Below are positions 27,016-38,700 of a DNA stretch of 64,000 nucleotides, in pieces. The translations under genes and the position numbers were made by a program. The notes under the pieces were generated by a model. The model had not been told where the DNA came from. It made no database searches and saw only the letters and a program-made list of their open reading frames with translations. Every line of letters starts with the position of its first letter. Within the stretch, counting starts at the first letter, position 1. The stretch covers positions 40,598,388-40,662,387 of the forward strand of contig NC_092670.1 in assembly GCF_964355755.1 (NCBI RefSeq). The letters are read 5' to 3'. Source of the stretch: Antedon mediterranea (Eukaryota > Animalia > Echinodermata).

Positions 27016-27860
27016 GTCAATGGAACAGTATGAACTCTGACCTTGGCCACAACTTAGTTTGTGCAACATTGAATGCTAACCTAATTTTTATGAATTTTAA
27101 AAAAAGTGAAATATTTTAAGAATTACAATATTCGCACTAATAATAATTATGGAATGTGTAAGGTAAAAACAATTGAGTATGTCATTTGTAAACGGCTGTT
27201 GATCTGTGGGACAGATTATTTTGATGAACTAAGATTTACCAGTAGACAACATTCCATTGCAGTTAGTATATTATGATAATTCAAATTTCTTTCAAATTAA
27301 CAGAAGTCGATTTCGCCTTAAAAAATAATAATTTCAACCGATTCTTGAAAAGTCTTTTTTTCATCAATAAAAACAAACATAAGTCTCAACACAATGCTTT
27401 AAAAAGTTTATTTTATTAAAATGCATAATTGTTTATTTTACTACTCTACATATGGACGGTATAAAGTGAAGTGTATCTTTTATATAAATATATTGCACAT
27501 CTTCTGATCAGAAAGAACAATTTATATGAAGAAAATAGACAAGAAATATCGTGAAAATGAAAATATACTTTTGAACCAAAAGACATGGCATCACATTTTC
27601 ACAGAATTTATCTACAATTTCAGGTAATTTTAGTTTGAAGAATAATGATTTAATACAAATAATGGATATATTTTTTTGTTTATATGTATCTTTATTTGAA
27701 TACCATTATAAAATCCCTATAAACCTCTTTTCACATCTGAACTGTTGGTTGATTAAATTATTTACTGTATTAAGTACACAAAATTAACATTTATGATTTC
27801 TGTCATTTGTATTTGTATTCATCAGTTAATGATAAACTGTAAAAGAATATGATTTGAACA

Positions 27861-27986
27861 AGTGAGTGGCCGAGAGCGAGTGAGTGGCCGAGAGCGAGTG
27901 AGTGGCCGAGAGCGAGTGAGTGGCCGAGAGCGAGTGAGTGGCCGAGAGCGAGTGAGTGGCCGAGAGCGAGTGAGTGGCCGAGAGCG
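27861..27986 (+). repeat. 18-bp tandem repeat x7 derived from the SINE 5' end
   Basis: Unit AGTGAGTGGCCGAGAGCG runs directly into the SINE head AGTGAGTGGCCAAGCGGTTAAG. Confidence 0.92.
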
Positions 27987-28370
27987 AGTGAGTGGCCAAG
28001 CGGTTAAGACAGTGGAACCGTACTAATTACGTAGCCATAACATCGGCAAGGGTTCGAGGCTCACTCGCTCCATGGTTCTGGTGGTAGAACGAGTCTTCTC
28101 GGATAAGGACTATAAACCGTAGGTCCAGTGTACACATAGCTCATGCGCACTTTAAAGAACCTAGTACATCTTTCGCGACGAGTAGGGGGTTACCCCGGTG
28201 TACTAGTCCACACAACACAGCCACTGTCACACACAGCCAGCCACTGTCACACACAGCCACTGTGCAAATTGGGACTGGACCGTTTTACAGGTGTTTACCA
28301 CCTGTTGGTCCAGATCCTTTACTAACTGAGAAGTCGAATAAATAAAACAATTAAAAAAAATAAATAATAT
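27987..28370 (+). mobile_element. tRNA-derived SINE, probably Deu/Nin-domain type
   Basis: A box TGGCCAAGCGG, B box GGTTCGAGGC, central CTCGGATAAGGACTATAAACCGTAGGTCC...GCACTTTAAAGAACC...GAGTAGGGGGTTACCCCGGTG resembling the Deu domain, and an A-rich tail; second copy at 37307-37610. Confidence 0.85.
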
Positions 28371-28812
28371 AAAATATCCAAAAATGTCAAGTAATGTGGC
28401 TTGGTGGATACCTGGTCTTGATTAAAATTCAGGTTCAACATTCTCTAGGTTGAAAAGAGCATTTCAGAAAGAAAGGCCTGCCCGCACCTGATTGGACTTC
28501 CTTGGCTCATTGCAGTATCATCACAGTGTCAAGACTTTGAGCTTGATTTTCAACTGCTCAGTAAAAGGCGATTTTGCGAGTCCTCAGTCTACAGAATTCA
28601 TTTTCCTTTGCATAATTTTCCGTGATAAACTCTTATTAAAATCACATTATTGCATACGTGAAAGTTTCTTAACGTCTCTAGGTTAATGCTGACAAGTTCC
28701 ACTCGAACGCGTTTTTGCAAACATCGATACTCGTAGTGCGTCAACTTCTACGTCATAGCCTAAATACTGTATACTAGGTTCTTATTGGTTGTATCCATAT
28801 TTCAGTATTAGG

Positions 28813-29960
28813 TCACATGAGTGAAAACCTGCGTGCGCGTAAGTTCATACGCGTCACGCCGAGTGTCTTAAGCGGTCGTTCATGGTCCATTTCACAAAAG
28901 TTTGACGGTCTGTCCGTTGTGGCTAAATCATTGTAATCACTAGCCGTCTCATCTTCTTCAACGATCGACAAACGGACATCCTCTATAATTTCTTTGTGTT
29001 CATTACAACTCATTTTGAGTCGCATTTCATTTATTTCGGCCCGCAGACTTAGTAACGTCTGGGCTAACGTCTGATCTTGTCTCATTAACATCTGTTGAAA
29101 ATAAATAAATTAAAATAAGTTAAATATTTGTTCATTATTAATTATTTAATCTATTATTTCATTCTATATTTGGTGAGGTCGACACTATTAAATAATAGTA
29201 GGCAAAATATTAAAAAATAACGGTGTTCCAGAGATGATGGAAACTTAGATAAGTACAGATAGAAAGACTAAAAATGGTATTCAGAAACCCATGGTTGGCA
29301 GGAAAGATGTGATAAGTTTGTACTCAACATTTGCTCTCATTGCGGGAAGCACAATGACGTACGTACACGCAACGTACTTATTTGACCAATCAGATGCAAC
29401 GTACCATAACGGTCGATTGTGATTGGTCAAACCCTAATTGCCTTTTATTTTGCGTATGTTCTCGTGTTGCGTTTTAGTGGGAACAACGAAAACTATAAAA
29501 TACAATGGAACGGGCGCAATAGTAATCAGCAAAATGATAGAATAATGTGGCCCTAGATAGAACAGACAGATAAAAAGGTTTACAAAACGATAACGATAAC
29601 GATTTACAGTACATTCCAATTCACTTTTGAGCCACGATATTCCCTCCTCTACTTCTCGTTTCCTTTCTCCATACGCTTTTGTTTCTTTCCAGTTTTCACA
29701 ATTTTTATCATAATTAGCAAGCGCTGGCTTTTTCAAGTCCTCAAGCCACTTCATATATGATGGTCTTCTAGTGGCTAGATTTAATTTCTTTGCTACAAAT
29801 TTCAGCCGAGTCATTTCGCTCTCCCTATCTTCCTGTATGACCTCCAAGATATCACTGGTTGATAACTTTTTCACGGTTGGTGAGCGGCGAATCAAAATCT
29901 TTCGCATATTCGTGAATTTGGATTTTTATTGGTGACTTCCATATTATCACCATCAGGCAT
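28813..29960 (-). pseudogene. FAM167A: FAM167 copy 2, probably a pseudogene
   Basis: Relative to copy 1: 5-bp deletion near 29936 (frameshift, TGA after 22 codons), 2-bp deletion near 29885, and donor TTG|GTACGT changed to TTG|GAATGT at 29616. Exon 2 (29091-28813) stays open with one codon deleted. Confidence 0.8.
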
Positions 29961-32744
29961 TGTGCTATATTTGGTAGAGTTTCAACTTATTTCACCCTGA
30001 CAACAAAGCTGTAAAATAAAAAAGACAAAACATTAAAAACACCGTGACGTCATATTGCGTTTAAATGCAGAGCACAGTTGCTGATGATTGCATCAATTAT
30101 TATGACCACTCTTTCTTCTCTTGTTGTTGAGACATAATATTAATCTACGGACCTATACATTTATGCTATGGTCTTTCAAATGTTATATGGTACTCCATGG
30201 TATTCTAATTTATGGCCAATGGTAGGATCTTAACATATACTCGTGGAATTACAGGGCAAGCACGTTAATCATCTTGGGTACTACACAGTCACGTCCTGGT
30301 GGTGTGTTGGCAACCCACACGCGCGCGCTGCATGTTGCCAACTGTTACTGTACTTAATAATGTTCAAGTTCCTGTTTATGGTTTATATAATTCACCCTGT
30401 GCTAACTATCAAGTCATAGACACGTCGAAGATCCCCAACAAAAATCTATTATTATTGTTACAAATACAAACTATATCAACATACGTAACTAGTCACTTTA
30501 TAATTAATATTGATTTATAATCAATTATTCTGTTTGGTCACGACTTCATTGTAATGTATCCCGCAATTCACTTGTTGTTATTTCTTCTGGATTTAAGTAC
30601 CGTATCAGCTAATTAATATTGATTAAGATTTGTTTAATTAACTGTTAGTGTAAACATGTACTAAAATAATACAATGACTATAGAATTATTCAATAAGTTG
30701 GTGATACTGTATCGAAGGCCAGAATATGGAGAGGCGTACTATACTTTGAGATTAATATGTAGGCTTAAGCATCGCTTATGCGGTTATATAGTCAGTTTGT
30801 CAGTACGTCCATTCCTATATTTGTCCTACTAGTATTTTAAATCCTTAATAAATTGTACTTACTATATTTTAAATTAAAATTCCTTCTTGTTGTTGAGATC
30901 AACGGTCATACAAAGGGTACATTTAAGGTTGTGATGGTTGACATAAGGTAAATATTAGTTTGGTTTTGTCGAGCCTGGCCTTTTCAACTGTAAGATAAAA
31001 AATAGATTGAGTAAACACGCTGAGGCCTATGTTTTAACCATTCATTACACACGATATAGGCCTGTACGTTAAGTAGGCGTTCACAACGAAACAACTTCCC
31101 TTAAATAAGAAGGAAACAGTTGAACAATGATTAGGGCCTGAGTGTAGGCCTATCTGATCGGCGTCTGAACAGTCCGCGCAAACGCATTGAACCTAAACGC
31201 GCGTATACTTCGTGCGTTAACACTACCCTTGATATGGCAACAACCAGACGACATCGTGTTCTTAGCGACGGAATTAATTTACGCGTACGCACGTCCTTGC
31301 GGCTGCGTCCTAATGATGATGTTTAGTCTCTGATGATACTAAGTTAAAATCACCTACATGGGGCTACCGAGTCTGAACTCATGCGTGCGTAGGCATACTT
31401 TGCTATTCTTGTATTCACGCCCAAAATAACGATGGTGAAAAAGATAAGAAGCTGACAATAATACAGCGTTATGAAAAACATGCATACTGTGACTGAACTA
31501 AAAGGATTTGATAATAAGAAGAGATTGTTATCAAACTCATAGATAGACATCAATAGATTACGTCTCTATATAAACTATTCGTATTTAAGGATTTGAAGAT
31601 ATGAATAAATAAATAAACAGTAAAAACTCTGCGCGTAAATTATGACATGAACCATTCTTCATACCACCAAGTCATTACTTTCTATTAACTATATGATACA
31701 TACCTTTAATTCAACAAAATCGCGATGGGCCTATTCAAAACTGACGCTAGGCAGTCATTTGCGCGCTGGCGTGTGTTAACGCGCGCGTCCCATGCTAACA
31801 CGTCACAGGCGTGTTATCCCACTACAAATAACTTGTCAGATACTAGTATTCCGTACGATATATTTTGACAGATAAACGATGATCTTGTTATTGACAAATG
31901 CTGTACAATAGTTTACCTTGCAAGGCATGTACAGGTGTGTGGTGACAATGCATGCCTGCAACCGGTAAACATCAAATGTTTAATTCAAATGTCATTAACA
32001 AACAATCGACACATCTACAAGGTTTATCAATTATTTCGAAACAGTTTAATTAAACTTAGCATCACTTTACAAGTGCACTTCGTTGTAAGTGAGTTCATTA
32101 CAGGTTAATTCACTTGGATATTTTATTGTTCAATCTCGGACCTATGTCCTCGCTAGAAATATCTAGCTACAAAAAAAAAAGGCTGAAGGCCGGGGGTTGG
32201 GAGAGGATAACGTGGCCCACACACCACGGAAGATCATGAAGTTGATGCGCGCGCGTATCGTTATCATCAATATTTGAACGCGGGCGTTAACGTTGGTGCG
32301 CGCGCGTGTCGTTATCATCAATATTTGAACGCGGGCGTGTCTTTTTCATATTTTTTTTTTCATCATCACATTCATAGAAAATCTAAGAAAATTGTAATGA
32401 CAAACAAGAGGTTGATAATTTCAAAATATCACCGATATAGCATTAATCCGGAAGCACGTGTGATCTATTGATATTAATTAATCTCACCCAGTTAAAATGA
32501 GTCGGTTGTTGTTGTAGAAACTTTTTATTGTTCTCTCGTGGTATGGAGTGTCAGGTGACCTCCGATGTTTTGGTTGAGTTGGTCAATTCATGGAGGTATC
32601 TATTTTTATACCTCCATCATGGTCGATTCGAAGTCGATAAGTCATTTTACAGCAATGCAATATTTAATTTTATAAACTATTAGAACTTTTTAATTGTATA
32701 TTTATTACATTTAAATTATATTCCTTTATTCCAGTTAATGCACA

Positions 32745-35700
32745 ATGTTGGATGATTCGGAACATTCTGTGTATTTAGAGAGATTAAAAGGTAGGGGCCT
32801 AGGCTAGCCTACTAGCTGGGCTTGGGCCTAGCCCTAGCTAGAGTAGAGGCATACATGACGATGCAGCTAGCAGTGGAGTGCAGTGTCAGTATGACAGAGC
32901 TCAATCTCTGTCAGTGCAGTGTGTATAACAATAGGAGGCCTAGCCTACTACTAGGTACGGATGCTAGTCAAATCGCCCCATACAAAGTCGTCCCTTACAC
33001 AGTCGCCCCATCGCAAAGTCGCCCGACACAGTCGCCCCATCGCAAAGTCGCCCAAAACGTTAACAAATAGTTTAAAAGTGCGTAAAATGTCGCAATGATA
33101 CACAAAATAACACGGAACGTGTAGGCATAAAAGGGGAAGCCCCGCCATGTAGTCTCAGGTCACATGCGATCGGCACGCTCCCCCATCATCAGAGAGGAAG
33201 CCCGGCACGCTCCCCCATCATCAGAGAGGAAGCCCGGCACGCTCCCCCATCATCAGAGACGAAGCCCCCAACTAATCACTCGGCCGGCGGCGCGGTCGCA
33301 GGGAAACCCCCGTAATTACTCCGTCGTTGTCGCACGTACTACATGCACCATCTGAAGATTGGGAAACCCCGCCGGAGTTTTACGATGATATTGTTATGCG
33401 CGATTTGAACGATTTGCGCAATTTGAAATTGCGCAAAAAAATCCTTGCGCAATTTGAAATTGCGCAAAGAATTCTTGCGCAATTTAAAATTGCGCAAGGA
33501 TTTTTTTGCGCAATTTCAAATTGCGCAACAAAATCTTTGCGCAATTTTAAATTGCGCTGCACAATTTGTAAATTGCGCAAGGTAGTTCTTGCGCAATATG
33601 ACACCTTTGCGCAATTTGAAAACGAACTGTAAATTTTCCCATACATGGCTAGGCTAGGCCTAGGCAGAGGAGTTTAAAATTTAGTATTTTATTATATAAA
33701 TAAGACCATTTCAATGAAGATAATGTTTAATACTGATCACTTTTTAAGTTTTTAATATTAGTTTAAGCTAGGCCATGTAACCTAGTCAGTATCAGTAGTC
33801 CAGACCCTAGCTAGGCTAGAGTAGTATAGCCGGCCGCCCGCGCCGCGCCCGCCTGGTGGAACACCACCGCTTCGTTTTCCTTCGTCGGTTCTTCGACGGT
33901 ATGCTAACTTATAACAATATTTGCACTACTAAAATAAGGAAATGCGATATTTATCTTTAATTTTGAATCATTCTTAGAAATTACTATAAAAATATGGGTG
34001 TGCATGATTTCACAATCTGTCGAAAAACCTTGCGCAATTTGCAGATTACTTGCGCAATTTAATACGTTGCTTGCGCAATTTGAAACACATGTTTCAATTC
34101 AAATTGCGCAAGGATTTTTTTTTCGTTCAAATCGCGCATAACAATATCATTCAGTCGCGTTCGAAATCGGTTGCGTTTAATTTTGGTCGCTATATAGACT
34201 TGCCCCAATAGGCCAAGTCTGTATTATTGTCTTTTTTTTTAAATTTATTTGTTTTTATTTCGACCGCGATTTTTGTCTGAAAATCCAAACTCAAGTAATA
34301 CACGTATGAAACGCCATATGTGCAAAAATATTTATATTTTTACTAATATTATGTTATGTATGTTATACGATCTAGATTATTTTTACTTTGGTCGATGGAT
34401 ATTTATTATTATTATTAGGCCTATCATTAATAATTGATTTTTGTTTTTATTTTACAGGTCTATGATATGAGAAAGATGTGTGCCTTAAAAAATGACAATT
34501 TGTAAACATAGTTTAAGATTATAGTATTATTCAGCAATTTAACAATAGACACATAACTTGCAATTCAATAAATGCAAAATGATCAATAAGTAGCCTATAA
34601 TACACTCATTGTCTTACAACTACTGTAAATCTATACGAAGGCCTACTACACATTTATACATTTATTATATTATCCTAAAAAATGAGCTGGTATCCACGCG
34701 TAGGTTGAAGAAAGATTCGTAATTGTGGCTCTGGTAACTAATTTTAAAATCATATTAAATTAACATTTTCGAAACTATAAATCAGGGATAATCTTTTTAG
34801 AACTTTCAAACAATAAGGGACTACAGTATTTTTTTAATGATTTTTAAAAAGCACATCACTCCATTAAAACCTGTAAAATAAAAATTAAAACACAAATTAT
34901 GTATATAATAGGATAAACATTATAATGTATACGACATTTAGCGCGAACAACGTAACAACGCAATCGATATCAAACGCAACCGATATGATTAAAACTATAA
35001 AACAGCGTATCTACTAGCGGCGGCGCTTCATAGTCGTTGGGGCGACTTTGCGATTGGGCGACTGTGCCGGGGCGACTTTGTTTTGGGGCGACTTTGCGAT
35101 GGGGCGACTTTGTATGGGGCGACTGGGGCGACTTTGCGATGGGGCGACTTTGTATGGGGCGACTTTGCGATGGGGCGACTTGACTGGATCCCTACTAGGC
35201 TTGGGTAGATAGAAAAAGTGTGTGTGCGGTATTGCGTCCAGACTGAGACCATCATGAGGAGTTGGCCTAGCAGAGTAATGTATTGTCGTAGGTTACCGAT
35301 TGGCCGCAACAATTAAAAAAATATATGCTTTAAAAATGATGTACGGCATGTAAAACTAAAGTGTGTAAAAAATATCTATAAAAAAATAAATTTTTGTATA
35401 TAATATTTATATTATCTCTCTCTCCTTGCAAACCCCTCCTCTCTCTGGTGTACATACAAATTATTTTTTATTGGTTATGATAAAATAATAATTTCAATGT
35501 ATTATTTTGTATTCACAGAACGGATACCACACATTATATCATGTCGATATGTGTTGGCTATTATGGGCTGTTTAGGCTTTGTGAATGTATATGCTATGAG
35601 AGTTAACTATAGTGTGGCTCTTGTTGCCATGACAGCATCACACAACACAGCTTATAATTATACAAATGCTGAATGTCCGGCTGAAACATACAGTTCAACA

Positions 35701-38700
35701 ACAGATCAGGTCAGAAGAATAATTTATTAAGATTATAACTAGAAGGGCACTCAGAGAGCGCAAACCACCGTCTAGACATATGACAATTTAATTACATGTT
35801 CCCATACAGCTATGAAACCGGTCAGTCTAATTACCGAAAACAACCATAAACAACCGAAAACGAACCGAAAATAAAATAATCTAGATACCGAAAACAAATT
35901 TGTATAATATTTTTTTAATGTCGCCCTCTATTGATGGGTGTTTCTAAATCTAAGACCATAACAGAGACAAAACCGAGCGCGCAAAAGCCAAGGAAGACCC
36001 TATGATGGTAGTGTGCACAAAATACAACTAAAAATCATACAATCAATCAATGATAACATTGCATTTACTTACAGAATATATAAAAATATTTTAATTTTAG
36101 TCTTTCGATTTTTGATCCAGAAACCAGCGCATAATTACTCCTTACAATAATTGTGAATATGTTAATCCATAGTATAGAAAGTAAATTCATGATCAATTTA
36201 ATTATAGATTTTCAAAGATAATAATACAAAAATGATATTTTTAAAAATATTTATAATATTAGGGACTATAAAGTATACTTAAAACAAGCTCACTATAAAG
36301 GATTCACAATAAAATCTATTCAGTAAAATTACCGTAGTCGAGTAAATAACGTTTTTATCCTTAATCGCTTCAGTATTCACTTAAGTGACGAAGACCGGGG
36401 ACGAAAAAGCAAAGTTAGGTAAAATCATGCTTTGTTTTTGATAAGACTAAAAACAAAATGTGTTTATAGATTTTGTAAGTAAATGTAGTCTACGGTGTTG
36501 AATTGAATTTGTACGATTTTGAGTTGTATTTTGTGCACACTACCTCTGTATGGTCTTAGCTTTAGAAACACCCATCAATAGAGGGCGACATTCAAAAAAA
36601 TATTATACAAAATTTGTTTTCGGTATTTAGATTTTTTACATTTTTTAAATGTTTTCGGTTTGTTTTCGGTTGGTTACGGTTGTTTTTGGTTTGTTTTCGG
36701 TTGTTTTCGGTTGTTTTCGGTTATTTTCGGTTGTGTTCGGTAATTAGACTGACCCTATGAAACCATTCGTTAAAATCTTATGAAAATCAGGCAATAACTT
36801 TTTGAGTAAATCCTGCTATAACAAGCATAGACAGAAACAAAGACACACACAAACAAACATTAAAACATAACCTCCTTGGCGGAGGTAATATATATCATTG
36901 GCAAACTAAATCCTTTAGTCAATATTAATTTTTTATTAAAATGGTATTCAATTCTTCTTCCTCAGGGCGAGTTTGATTGGGACCAAAATACACGAGGACA
37001 AATCCTGTCTTCATTCTTTTACGGATATTTGATTACTCAAATACCAGGAGGGTGGCTTGGTGGGATCATCGGAGGCAAACATTTGTTTGGTGTTGGTGTG
37101 TTATGTACCACAATTTTTACTTTACTTACACCTCTAGCAGCCAGAGCTGGTGTCAGTTATCTTATTTCCCTCCGTATATTAGAAGGCGTAGGTGAGGTAA
37201 GCTGGTTAATTGTTTAATTTAATTTAATAATCAAATATTTGATAATACTGTGACTAAACTATCTCAGTAGTGTGAAAGTGGTCCTTTGATAAAAGGCATG
37301 TTTGTGAAGACAGTGGAACCGTAATATGTAGCCATAACATTGGCAAGGGATTGAGGCTCACTCGCTCCATGGTTCTGGTCGTAGAACAAGTCTTCTCGGA
37401 TAAGGACTATAAACCGTAGGTCCAGTGTATGCATCTAGCTCATGCGCACTTTAAAGAACCTGGTAGGCATTCGAGACGAGTAGGGGGTTACCCGATGTAC
37501 TAGTCTACACAAACACAGCCAATATCGCACACATTCACTTATCATAGCCGTGTATGACTGAAGAGACTACCCAGTACAAAGAAATAGTAATAAATAAATA
37601 AATGAATAAACCTATAACCATAAGCTACAGCTTTTTAATGTTTTTGTTTTTATTTTTCAGGGTGTAACATTTCCAGCGATGCATGCAATGTGGGCACATT
37701 GGGCGCCACCTATTGAACGCAGTAAACTCATTGCTATAACATATGCCGGTATGGTTACATTTCTTAATACTCTTTATGGAAAACACTGTATTATCTTTGT
37801 TTACATTTAATGTTTCTTGTGAACTTTATTCAATCATAAATTCATAATATAAGCATAATAATGTGTATAGTACAGTGATTTAGGGTAATAAAGTGTTTTA
37901 CAGAGACACCTTGTAACATATAGTTAAAATGTTTCTGAATAGGTTTAGGGAATGGAGTTATATTTAAACATGTGATACTCTGTCATGTATGTTACTATCC
38001 TAATAAGAATTTCTGCAATTTTCTTTAAATAGCTAACAGTGTTTTTTCATGTCTTTTTCAGGCTCTCAACTAGGTGCAGTCCTTTCCAATCCTGTATCTG
38101 GCTGGCTATGCTCAACAACCTTTCTAGGTGGATGGCCTTCTGTCTTCTATGTATTTGGTACGTATTTATATTTTAGGGAAGAAACTATGCATGTTTTCAG
38201 AGTAAAACCCTTGACATCTTCCTACTAGTCATAAAAAAATTCGCATATTTGCACAGTTTACGTGCTGTAGTTTCCCATATCCTGGATAGTATTAGATGCA
38301 TGGTGGACTGTGCCGATAGCAAACAATAAGACAAATTAACATCGACTATCCGCATGGTAGATACAAATTACGCTCTCAGTCAACCAAAAACATAATTGAC
38401 CGTGGTGATAGCTTTATTTAAAACACTTTTACCCACCACACTATGAATACTTTAGTACTGTATACAGGTATTCCTGCTACATCTATACATTTCTATGATA
38501 TCTCCAAGTTTGATAGAAATGAATGTTTTGATTTTTTTTACAGGAACCCTTGGCCTGATTTGGTTTGTGCTATGGACAATCTTGGTTCACAACACCCCAG
38601 CTCAGCATCCTAGAATATCACCTGAAGAACTAGAATATATTGAAAAGTCTATTGGCGGGAAAAAGGGAAAAGTATGAAGTACTTGTTTTTGTTTGTTTTT

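Larger units (their letters stand above)
10248..27267. repeat. Tandem segmental duplication, copy 1 (FAM167 + SLC17)
   Basis: Collinear similarity to 28593-43418 across exons, introns and intergenic DNA, starting at AGAATTCATT..TTCCTTTGCATAATTTTCCGTGA and ending at CATTCCATTGCAGTTAGT. Confidence 0.9.
32959..35191. mobile_element. Non-autonomous foldback/MULE-like DNA transposon in intron 1 of SLC17 copy 2
   Basis: Termini GGATGCTAGTCAAATCGCCCC / GGGGCGACTTGACTGGATCC with modular AAAGTCGCCCC subterminal repeats inverted at the two ends (32970-33055; 35035-35185). Absent in copy 1. TSD ambiguous: CTACTAGG at 32948-32955 and 35192-35199, or TA. Confidence 0.8.

Noticed and set aside
27987-28072. 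Possible tRNA gene
   Set aside because: Has A and B boxes but continues into a SINE body present in a second copy, with no clean anticodon arm.
33327-33646. Overlapping ORFs on both strands ([15 protein letters not shown] repeats)
   Set aside because: Translations of the palindromic TTGCGCAA array; no transposase similarity.
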